Origin: Candidatus Micrarchaeota archaeon
GTDB lineage: Archaea; Micrarchaeota; Micrarchaeia; Anstonellales; Bilamarchaeaceae
DNA length: 19,202 nt
Reading direction: 5' to 3'
NCBI GenBank assembly: GCA_018304385.1
Contig: JAGVWJ010000050.1
Coordinates: forward strand, 1-19,202
Shown here: piece after piece, positions 1-7,451 of the stretch
Layout of the letters: every line of letters starts with the position of its first letter
Numbering within the stretch: the first letter of the stretch is position 1
Position numbers and translations under genes: made by a program
The notes under the pieces: model-generated
The model's database searches: none
Told to the model about the DNA's origin: nothing
The model's input: the letters and a program-made list of their open reading frames with translations, nothing else

Positions 1-1
1 A

Positions 2-1045
2 CACTTTGATACAACAAGAGCAAATATAGAAGCTAATGGAATTAATGCGTTAGATCTTTTCTCATCAGAACTAAAAGATGAAGGTTCAAAGTCTTATTTC
101 AAGGGAAATATGGATACGTTAAAATTCGAAAAATTACTAAAAGAACACAAAAATAACATCCCTATCGCATACCTGACTATTACAAATAATACTGGAGGAG
201 GCCAACCTGTTTCAATGGAGAACATAAGAGCCGTTTCAGAGATTTCTAAAAAATACGGAGTACCACTATTTTTTGACGCCTGCAGATTTGCAGAAAATGC
301 TTGGTTCATAAAACAATATGAAAGCGGCTATAAAAATAAAAAAATAGAAGAAATAGTTAGAGAAATGTTTTCTTATGTTGATGGATTTACTATCAGCTTT
401 AAGAAAGATGGGCTAGCGAATATGGGCGGTGGTCTTTTTATAAAAAAGGGCAGTGGATTTATGAAAAAATACCCAGAATTCTTAGATTCTCTTGTTAATT
501 ATCAGATAATAAAAGAAGGACACCCAACATACGGAGGTCTTTCTGGTAGAGACATTATGACACTTGTTGTAGGTTTGAAAACTGTTACCAAGGAAGAATA
601 TCTGAAGCATAGAATAACTCAAGTACAAAGTCTAGGTTTAAAGATGCAAAAATCTGGTGTTCCAGTATTGACTCCAATAGGCGGTCATGCTGTTTATTTA
701 GATATAAACAAATTTTTCTCAGATACAAAAATGAAACCAGGAGACTTTGGTGGTATTGCATTAACTGCAGTTTTGTTAGCTGCATACGGCCATAGGGCCT
801 GCGAATTAGGATGTTTTGCTTTTGGCAAATACGATAAAATAAAAAATATCGAAACCTTTCCTGAAATAAATTTTGTGAGATTTGCAATACCTAGATTAAG
901 ATATGAAACACAAGATATTGATGCAGTTGCAGAAGCAATAAAAGTTTTATACGATAATAGGAACGATATTCCTGCAGTAGAAGTAACTTACGGAAGAGAG
1001 CTATCATTGAGGCATTTCAAAGCTAAGTTTAGATTTAGAAAATAG
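2..1045 (+). CDS. tnaA: Tryptophanase-family (beta-eliminating) PLP lyase, 5'-truncated by the window edge
   Basis: The frame is open from nt 2 (HFDTTRANIE...FKGNMD) into the 110..1045 ORF. Family motifs: TNNTGGGQPVSMEN, DACRFAENAWFIK, PLP-lysine SFKKD, GGHAVYLD, C-terminal LRHFKAKF. RHF matches tryptophanase; tyrosine phenol-lyase has RFF here. Confidence 0.85.
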   Translation, partial: HFDTTRANIEANGINALDLFSSELKDEGSKSYFKGNMDTLKFEKLLKEHKNNIPIAYLTITNNTGGGQPVSMENIRAVSEISKKYGVPLFFDACRFAENAWFIKQYESGYKNKKIEEIVREMFSYVDGFTISFKKDGLANMGGGLFIKKGSGFMKKYPEFLDSLVNYQIIKEGHPTYGGLSGRDIMTLVVGLKTVTKEEYLKHRITQVQSLGLKMQKSGVPVLTPIGGHAVYLDINKFFSDTKMKPGDFGGIALTAVLLAAYGHRACELGCFAFGKYDKIKNIETFPEINFVRFAIPRLRYETQDIDAVAEAIKVLYDNRNDIPAVEVTYGRELSLRHFKAKFRFRK

Positions 1046-1046
1046 G

Positions 1047-1955
1047 TTATGTCAAATCACTATAATTCGCCAATCCCTTTACTTTTTTAATAACTGAAAT
1101 AGCAGCATTGCAGCCCTCACCTGCGCTTTTTGCTATTTGTAAGTTACCGCCTGTGCAAGCACCTGCAGCGTAACAGCCATCAAGCGAGGTTTTGCCTTCG
1201 CTATCTACAACTAGATAATTATTTTTCGTATCAAGTGCAAGCTTTTGGGCGAAGGCGAGCGCAGTTGTTGCGCCTAATGCAAGAAATACTCCATCAAAAA
1301 CAAGCTCTTGATTATCTGCTAAAATAACCTTTTCTAATTTCTTTTCTCCTTTAAATTCGCTAACTTTATCTTTTAGAAATTTTATTTTCGCTTTATTCAA
1401 TTCATCCATTAATTCTTTAGAAATAGAAAATTCTTTTCCATTTGAGATTAATGTAACATCTTTGGTCAGTGCTAAAAGTTCGATTACTTCTTCTGCAGCG
1501 TGATTCGTATTACCTATTACGCCTACTTTCTTCTGCTTGTACGGCCATCCGTCACACGCCACACAAGTATGTACGCCCTTACCAAGAAGTTCTTTTTCGC
1601 CAGCTATTCCTGCTGGGCGCAAAGCAACACCAGTGCAAATAATTATTGTTTTTGATTCATATGTTTTATTATCAGCGGTTTTTATTTTAAAATTCTCGCG
1701 CTTTTCTACGTGCACAACTTCTTGCTCTAAAAATTCAGAGCCATATTTTTTTATTTGCTCAATGCCTTTGTCTAACCATTCAGGTCCGCTCATTCCATCT
1801 GTACCAATATAATTTCCAAGATCTGCCGCGCTAACTAGCATGCTTTTCTTAGGTTCGCCAATAACTAGTACCTTTAGATTGGCACGAGCAGTAAAAACCG
1901 CTGCTGTAAGTGCAGTTGGTCCAGAACCAATAATCAATGTATCGTAAATTAGCAT
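1047..1955 (-). CDS. trxB: Thioredoxin reductase (TrxB)-like flavoprotein with atypical nucleotide-binding motifs
   Basis: N-terminal IIGSGP FAD motif, GVHTCVACDG redox CxxC, C-terminal AAG and QIAKSAGEG motifs, typical length of 302 aa. Confidence 0.85.
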   Translation of the reverse strand: MLIYDTLIIGSGPTALTAAVFTARANLKVLVIGEPKKSMLVSAADLGNYIGTDGMSGPEWLDKGIEQIKKYGSEFLEQEVVHVEKRENFKIKTADNKTYESKTIIICTGVALRPAGIAGEKELLGKGVHTCVACDGWPYKQKKVGVIGNTNHAAEEVIELLALTKDVTLISNGKEFSISKELMDELNKAKIKFLKDKVSEFKGEKKLEKVILADNQELVFDGVFLALGATTALAFAQKLALDTKNNYLVVDSEGKTSLDGCYAAGACTGGNLQIAKSAGEGCNAAISVIKKVKGLANYSDLT

Positions 1956-2022
1956 AAATAGAAATCATAGGAAAGGTTAAAATATATTGAGTTATAACAC
2001 AGCCTATTGATGAGCCGATATC

Positions 2023-2063
2023 TTTAAAAACACTTGTGATCATATATAATAACATAAGGAGGT
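2023..2063 (+). promoter_or_regulatory. TATA-like box (2023-2030) and strong Shine-Dalgarno AAGGAGGT (2056-2063) for ORF 2070
   Basis: tttaaaaa lies about 40 nt upstream and aaggaggt 6 nt upstream of the ATG at 2070. Confidence 0.6.
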
Positions 2064-2069
2064 ATTTTT

Positions 2070-2894
2070 ATGACTGCACAAAAACAATTACTTACTACAG
2101 CTGGCGCTACCACTAGGAAACCAGGTGTAGTTTCTAGTTCGCCTTTCGCAGAATCCAAAATGGGAATAAAAACTGTAAAATATGCAGATAATCTAGTTGC
2201 AATGGTGTTTGGATCTCGTGTTCTTCTGTTTAATACAGAATATTTACTTGGAAAACATGGAACAGGTACAGGAAGCGCAGGCTCAAAGCTTGGTCAGGTA
2301 GATTCTGAAGAAAAACTTACAAACTTATTAAAACAACATGTTGATGAAAGTAAACTTGCAGAATGTAAAGGAATTATGAGATTAGCAAATATTGATTCTG
2401 AACAGGTTGTAGGAAGCGATGGATTAGTTGAAATCCTTTCATTAAGAAAAGGAGAAGAAAACATTGCAGTTGGTTCAACACTTGAAAGCGATGTTGATTA
2501 TAGAGCAGTTGTAAAGGATGCTGCAGGAAATGAGCATGAAGTACGTTTGCGATACGAAATTACTCGCCCTGGTTCACCAGATGGTAAATTTCCAGTCATA
2601 ATGCAACCTGTTGCTTATATTGATATTGAAGCGCCTGATACAAATAGATTAAACATTATTATTGGCCAAGTTGATCTTAATGATGAAAGAGCAGCATGGC
2701 TTGAACCTGCGGCATTAAGGGCAGTGCTTGGTGAAGTGATAGATAAATGCGAAGGAGTTTATGCAGTTTTTACAATCTTCCCAGGTACCTACGCACCTGC
2801 AGCTAATGAACCAATAAGTTCCCAAATCGATTCAGTTTTAGGTATTACTGGAAATGAATTCTGGAGAAACCATGCACTAATGAAAAAACAATAA
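2070..2894 (+). CDS. Hypothetical protein (274 aa)
   Basis: Long ORF with a strong RBS and normal globular composition. No family recognised with certainty. Confidence 0.85.
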   Translation: MTAQKQLLTTAGATTRKPGVVSSSPFAESKMGIKTVKYADNLVAMVFGSRVLLFNTEYLLGKHGTGTGSAGSKLGQVDSEEKLTNLLKQHVDESKLAECKGIMRLANIDSEQVVGSDGLVEILSLRKGEENIAVGSTLESDVDYRAVVKDAAGNEHEVRLRYEITRPGSPDGKFPVIMQPVAYIDIEAPDTNRLNIIIGQVDLNDERAAWLEPAALRAVLGEVIDKCEGVYAVFTIFPGTYAPAANEPISSQIDSVLGITGNEFWRNHALMKKQ

Positions 2895-2905
2895 CGCAAG
2901 CGTTA
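2892..2905 (+). terminator. Short inverted repeat overlapping the stop codon (taacgc-aa-gcgtta), possible terminator
   Basis: Perfect 6-bp stem at the end of ORF 2070..2894, followed by an A-run. Confidence 0.3.
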
Positions 2906-2930
2906 AAAAAGTTATTAGTATAAACATATT

Positions 2931-3215
2931 ATGAAAAAAGTCGCATTCGCCGGTGGAGCGCTTATATTTCTAATTATCGTATGGACTAGCCTTAATGCAC
3001 AAGTAGGCATAGTAAATATTACTAGCGATCCAGAAGGTGCGAGCGTAACAATTGATGATGTGCCTCGCGGAACAACGCCATTAGAGGTTTCGCTAACTGC
3101 TGGAAAGCACACGTTAGTAATAACAAAAGAAGGGTATACTGGTTATGTTAGCTCGCTTGATATTGGAAAAGGCGAAACCAAAGATCTAAATGTGAAATTA
3201 GAGAAAACAAGTTAG
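2931..3215 (+). CDS. PEGA-domain protein with N-terminal signal/TM anchor
   Basis: Hydrophobic N-terminus, then ITSDPEGASVTID...GTTP...L..GKHTLVITKEGY, the PEGA consensus. Confidence 0.85.
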   Translation: MKKVAFAGGALIFLIIVWTSLNAQVGIVNITSDPEGASVTIDDVPRGTTPLEVSLTAGKHTLVITKEGYTGYVSSLDIGKGETKDLNVKLEKTS

Positions 3216-3221
3216 ATATAC

Positions 3222-3752
3222 ATGCTATCTTTTTCTACGTTGCGCGAAACTTGGCGAGAAAGGCGCAGAACAAGAATAGAAATTTTGGATCGTTATAAAG
3301 ATATTCTTGAAAAAGATAAAAAAGGCAGGCCATTGCACGCGCTAACGCACGATGCGCAGCTAGCTGCAGTTGCTATCTCAGTTAGTCATCAAAACACCCA
3401 TGCCTTTGGCTTAGCTATGATTTCAAAGGATACCAGATATCCTGTTCCAATGCGAATGATTGCGCGCGCAATAACTGCAATAATTCCAGCTGGATTTCTT
3501 GGTTTTGTTATTGCTGCTGAGGCAATAGCTGGAAAAGAAACAAACAGCAATCTTCTTACAGTTGCTGCTGTTTGTGCTGTAGTATTAGCGCTTGCCGAAC
3601 CTTTATTGGATTTGCATGCAAAAAGAAAGTTTATTAAGTTTCTAACGCATGCAGGTCCTCTAATCCTGCAAAAAAACGGTGCGAAACCAGCGTTAAACAC
3701 GCCCGAAGCAAGGGCATTTGTAACTGAAGAATTAGGTTTGCCGATTGAATAA
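3222..3752 (+). CDS. Hypothetical membrane protein (about 2 TM helices)
   Basis: ORF begins 6 nt after the PEGA gene. Two hydrophobic segments (AITAIIPAGFLGFVIAA, LLTVAAVCAVVLALA). Confidence 0.75.
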   Translation: MLSFSTLRETWRERRRTRIEILDRYKDILEKDKKGRPLHALTHDAQLAAVAISVSHQNTHAFGLAMISKDTRYPVPMRMIARAITAIIPAGFLGFVIAAEAIAGKETNSNLLTVAAVCAVVLALAEPLLDLHAKRKFIKFLTHAGPLILQKNGAKPALNTPEARAFVTEELGLPIE

Positions 3753-3761
3753 ATTTTATTC

Positions 3762-5084
3762 TTAAATTACGTTTCCAACTTTCCAAATTTCTGAGACAGT
3801 TGGTAAATCATCCCTAGTAAGAAATTCTGTTTCGTTTACTTCTTTAAATGCCCCTACTAATCCCGGATGAACTTCTTCGAAGGATTTTCCAGTATAATGT
3901 TCAAAATATTCATCCAATATTGCACGTGCCACTACTTGAAGCCGTTCTTTAGAGCTACAAAGAAAAGAGAAAAGTTGGTCTGTAATTCCAGATACGCTGG
4001 TTTCAGGTGTAAATGTTATACCGAGTTTTCCAAAAATTCTAGGCATACCATGTTGCTTAAAATACACACCAGATTCTGTTTCTCCGCTCATCCCTCCAAG
4101 TTGAATATCGCTAATCCTAAAAAATGGATCGCCATACGCTATATTCGCTAGCCAGCCAACAAAATCCAAAGTAGCCTCATTGGCTCTCATGATTGCTGAT
4201 TCATCATACTGAACCCGATCCCCATTTACTTCATTTATTATCCTTTGTCCCTCTCTATTAACCGCTAACTGGGTTATCACCGTACATCTTGCCATCAAAT
4301 TAAATAGATTAATTGTATGTTCGATATCATCATCACTATGGTATGATCTTATCATAAGGTCTATGAACTTAAGGATAAGAATTTTTCCAAAAGCTGGAAA
4401 AATTGCACCAATTTGCTTAGAACCCCCATTAAGTTCTGAAAGAATAGCTCTAAATCCATCAATATCTTCCAAATCACTTATTTCTTTTAAACGTCTCGCT
4501 ATGGCTTGCTTATCATTTGTAACTGGTTTAATAATGCTGCTTACTGGCTCTGGTTGATGGAATCTCATAAGATTTATTCTAAATATTGCTTCTTCTAAAA
4601 GAGAAACAGCATCAAGAATAATTCTACAGCTATTACCTCCATCGGAACTTTTGTCAGGTAAGAATATTGCAGCCCCAAGATGCTGATCCTTTAAAGCTGC
4701 AACAAAAATATCAACAGAATCAATTCTTCTAGTTAAGAGTAGTGGGCCTACATAAAGTCTTGATTTTGCACCATCAAAAAGTACTCCATTATCACGGAAA
4801 AATTTGTCCGAACGAGTTATGCTAGTAGCAGGATCGCGAATGTCCGGGAGTACTATCCCGTGTCTTTCTACTATCTTCCCGCATCTATCTAAAGCCTCTA
4901 AAAACGCTGGAATATCAACAAGTAACTCATGTGGATTAGGTGTGCCTCTAAAAATAGTCTCGCCCATTTCAATGCACGCAGCCACTTTATCAGGTAATGG
5001 TTTTGCCATGGCAGCGATTCGTTTACGATAAGGGGTTGATTTTGAATCTATATAAGGTTTGGGCAACTGCTCTATTGATCGCAT
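3762..5084 (-). CDS. Hypothetical protein (440 aa)
   Basis: Long ORF with a TTTATAAA box 23 nt upstream of the ATG. No motif recognised. Confidence 0.85.
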   Translation of the reverse strand: MRSIEQLPKPYIDSKSTPYRKRIAAMAKPLPDKVAACIEMGETIFRGTPNPHELLVDIPAFLEALDRCGKIVERHGIVLPDIRDPATSITRSDKFFRDNGVLFDGAKSRLYVGPLLLTRRIDSVDIFVAALKDQHLGAAIFLPDKSSDGGNSCRIILDAVSLLEEAIFRINLMRFHQPEPVSSIIKPVTNDKQAIARRLKEISDLEDIDGFRAILSELNGGSKQIGAIFPAFGKILILKFIDLMIRSYHSDDDIEHTINLFNLMARCTVITQLAVNREGQRIINEVNGDRVQYDESAIMRANEATLDFVGWLANIAYGDPFFRISDIQLGGMSGETESGVYFKQHGMPRIFGKLGITFTPETSVSGITDQLFSFLCSSKERLQVVARAILDEYFEHYTGKSFEEVHPGLVGAFKEVNETEFLTRDDLPTVSEIWKVGNVI

Positions 5085-5106
5085 ATTTATATTATCAATA
5101 ACAACA

Positions 5107-5114
5107 TTTATAAA
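5107..5114 (-). promoter_or_regulatory. Archaeal TATA box for ORF 3762..5084 (likely leaderless transcript)
   Basis: TTTATAAA lies 23 nt from the ATG at 5084. Confidence 0.6.
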
Positions 5115-5145
5115 CTTGAGCTAACACTAAACCATTTGCTCATAT

Positions 5146-5850
5146 TCAAATCATATCAAAACTATCCTCTTCTTTATTATATTTTTCCTCAACTATCCTG
5201 CGAATTACCTTAGCTCTTTTTTCGCCCATACCTTCAACTTCCTTAAGTTCGCGTTCGCTTGCCTTTACTATATTCTCAATATTTCCGAAATGTTCTAACA
5301 ATTGTTTTGCCTTTTTAGGTCCAATCATTGGGAACATCTCAATTATTGCACGCTGATTCTGCGAAATAGTTAGTGTTTTTCGCTTTGCATAAATACGTAA
5401 TGGCTGCTTTTTCGCTAATTGTTCGTGCTTTGCAATTGCATAAATCATTTCTGCGGTTTTTTCCATATTTCTTGTAAAAAATAATGCAGCACCAAAATCA
5501 GTTATAATTGTTGCATACGCACCAAGCAATGATTCTTTTCGCAATCTCTCCGCATTGCTTTCACCTTCAACAATGATTATTACTCGTTCGTAATTAGAAA
5601 CCAGGTTAAAAAGTTGGGTAAATAATCTGCCATCAATTATACTTGCCTCAAAATCATCACGCGTTTTGCGTTCAATAATGCATCTTGCGCTGCATATAAA
5701 GTCTCCAATTTCAAGCTGTGTCCGCTCAGCTACTGCGCCAGCTTGCTTGAACATCTCATCAAAGTTTTCGCTCTCGCGGTGATCGATAATTATCTTCGCC
5801 CTACCTTTATTTTCATTTTCGATTTCAAGAAATTGTTGTGCTGAGTCCAT
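5146..5850 (-). CDS. xpf: ERCC4-domain (XPF/Mus81) structure-specific endonuclease, short form with tandem HhH motifs and no helicase domain
   Basis: IIDHRE, LEIGDF, ERKTRDDF (ERKxxxD catalytic motif), IIDGRLFTQ, then HhH motifs PMIGPKKA and EGMGEKRA. Confidence 0.92.
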   Translation of the reverse strand: MDSAQQFLEIENENKGRAKIIIDHRESENFDEMFKQAGAVAERTQLEIGDFICSARCIIERKTRDDFEASIIDGRLFTQLFNLVSNYERVIIIVEGESNAERLRKESLLGAYATIITDFGAALFFTRNMEKTAEMIYAIAKHEQLAKKQPLRIYAKRKTLTISQNQRAIIEMFPMIGPKKAKQLLEHFGNIENIVKASERELKEVEGMGEKRAKVIRRIVEEKYNKEEDSFDMI

Positions 5851-5886
5851 GATGATCTTACTAAGAATTAGTTTTTAATACGATTA

Positions 5887-6516
5887 TCAGTGGCGAAAAG
5901 TGCGCCACCAATAATCCATACAGCTCAACATAGGCCAAGAATGCATAGAATGAATAAGCTTTCCATTGTGATAAATATCTGATCCCATGTGTGCATGGCT
6001 AGGGAGATCAAAATCCCCGTTAAGGTGTATCTCACCGCCTTCATTACCATATGGTCCTCCAAGGGCCTGATCTGTTTTTCCATTAACAATTATCTTACCA
6101 CCACGCATAAGTTCGCCAACACAAGTGCCTGCATTTCCGTTTATTGTTATGGTACCTTTTTTCATTCTATTGCCAACCCTGAGTCCAACATCCCCATTAA
6201 CTGTTATATTCTTGATATTTTCATATCCAAGAAAATTAAGAGGACTGTATAAATCAATTGTATGAATTATATAATCTTGTTCTTTACCCATGTTTATTAG
6301 CGCACTAAGAAAAAGTCCATCATAATGAGAAGAAGATTCTAGAGTTTGGAGTTGTGGAAGCATCAAGCTAAATCCTTCAACATCCTTTGCCGAATATTCT
6401 AAACTGCGAACTAATTCTACTGCGCGTTCATAAGGAGTTTCGAGATCTCCTGTTAGATTTTCACACAGTCGTAGCCATGCTAGTTTAATTGTCCTAAGCT
6501 TTTCGTTTTCTTTCAC
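5887..6516 (-). CDS. GXGXG (GltB-C/FwdC-like) beta-helix protein, paralog 1, main body; 5' end separated by a frameshift
   Basis: GLFLSALIN motif, LGYENIKNITVNGDVG and about 19-aa G-rich repeats. The GTG start overlaps the TGA of the upstream 31-codon fragment. Confidence 0.8.
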   Translation of the reverse strand: MKENEKLRTIKLAWLRLCENLTGDLETPYERAVELVRSLEYSAKDVEGFSLMLPQLQTLESSSHYDGLFLSALINMGKEQDYIIHTIDLYSPLNFLGYENIKNITVNGDVGLRVGNRMKKGTITINGNAGTCVGELMRGGKIIVNGKTDQALGGPYGNEGGEIHLNGDFDLPSHAHMGSDIYHNGKLIHSMHSWPMLSCMDYWWRTFRH

Positions 6517-6522
6517 ATCTGC

Positions 6523-6554
6523 TCTGGCTTGAATCTACGAAATGGATCGCTCGC
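6523..6554. repeat. 32-nt perfect direct repeat, copy 1 (tctggcttgaatctacgaaatggatcgctcgc)
   Basis: Base-by-base identical to 7366..7397. Confidence 0.95.
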
Positions 6555-6571
6555 TCGAACAGTACCCTTTC

Positions 6572-6605
6572 TTGGAATTTCTTTTTGGATATTGGTATTT
6601 GTAAT
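6572..6605 (-). repeat. Degenerate heptamer repeats (ttggaat, ttggata, ttggtat, ttgtaat) in the paralog 1 leader
   Basis: Three contiguous 7-nt units at 6585-6605 plus one unit at 6572-6578. Confidence 0.5.
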
Positions 6606-6614
6606 CATTGAGTT

Positions 6615-7451
6615 TCACCTATTCGGATAAATTAATTTTCCTTTATGATATACCATGCCACCTTTAACACTTTCTAAGCCATAATATTTGCAGAAAATAT
6701 GTATTTCTCCACAAGTAACCAATCCTATTCGTGCAATATATTCTACTGGATCATCCACATACTCGCCCATCTTCTTTCCTTGTACAGTAATTCTTCCGCC
6801 ATCCATTCCATTGCCAATATCTCCAAATTCATAAACGCCTCCTTTTATTAGTATGGCGCCCCCATGCATATTATTTCCAATACCATCACAACCAGAGGAA
6901 TTTCCACATATAATGATTGACCCGCCCTCCATTTTATCCCCTACTCCGTCATAAGTATCTCCTCTAACTAAAATAACTCCTTTCTTCATTTCAATACCTA
7001 CATTAAAACCAAGATTTCCATCAATAATTATTTTCTTTTTATTTCTATACCCTAAATTACATATTCTTTCTTTCAGATGTTGGGTAGAAAGATGAAACTC
7101 ATTATCATTTGAACTATTAATCAGAGCACTTAAGAATAACCCAGACTTAAGATGAAAAATTGGCTCATCTTGATGTTCAATTAGTAAAACACAGAATCGC
7201 TCTACATCTCTTGAGGATATAGAAATCCCTTCTATAGCTGCAAGTGCTACTAAATAATCACCCGAGTAATACCTGAGGTCGGGATGATCATTCCATTTAA
7301 TCCATGCCTCTCTAATTTTAGCAAAGTTCCCTGTTACTTCTAATTTTCTAACTTCCTGAGTTGGTTCTGGCTTGAATCTACGAAATGGATCGCTCGCGCG
7401 TAAAGCGTGGCTCACTGCCAAATGCTCACTGCCCATTGCCTTCCTTTTCAT
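6615..7451 (-). CDS. GXGXG (GltB-C/FwdC-like) beta-helix protein, paralog 2
   Basis: GLFLSALIN, LGYRNKKKIIIDGNLG and repeated G..M.GG.I.I.G units. ATGA overlap with the paralog 3 stop at 7448-7451. Confidence 0.88.
   Translation of the reverse strand: MKRKAMGSEHLAVSHALRASDPFRRFKPEPTQEVRKLEVTGNFAKIREAWIKWNDHPDLRYYSGDYLVALAAIEGISISSRDVERFCVLLIEHQDEPIFHLKSGLFLSALINSSNDNEFHLSTQHLKERICNLGYRNKKKIIIDGNLGFNVGIEMKKGVILVRGDTYDGVGDKMEGGSIIICGNSSGCDGIGNNMHGGAILIKGGVYEFGDIGNGMDGGRITVQGKKMGEYVDDPVEYIARIGLVTCGEIHIFCKYYGLESVKGGMVYHKGKLIYPNR
7366..7397. repeat. 32-nt perfect direct repeat, copy 2
   Basis: Identical to 6523..6554. Confidence 0.95.
7410..7444 (+). repeat. Heptamer array gctcact-gccaaat-gctcact-gcccatt-gccttcc in the paralog 2 leader
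   Basis: 7-nt periodic GC-starting units. 7423-7439 is the exact reverse complement of 12778-12794. Confidence 0.75.

Larger units (their letters stand above)
6513..6608 (-). pseudogene. Frameshifted N-terminal fragment of GXGXG paralog 1 (MITNTNIQKEIPRKGTVRASDPFRRFKPEQM*)
   Basis: The ATG at 6608 has an AGGTGA RBS (6615-6620). The peptide contains RASDPFRRFKPE, identical to paralog 2, then goes out of frame relative to 5887..6516. Confidence 0.8.

Noticed and set aside
1098-1125. gcagcattgcagccctcac resembling the heptamer family
   Set aside because: It encodes the conserved TrxB GEGCNAA segment and has no clean 7-nt period.
6523-7397. CRISPR or DGR (template/variable repeat) interpretation of the 32-nt repeat
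   Set aside because: Only two copies, 843 nt apart, both inside coding sequence. There are no adenine-specific mismatches and no cas or reverse transcriptase gene.
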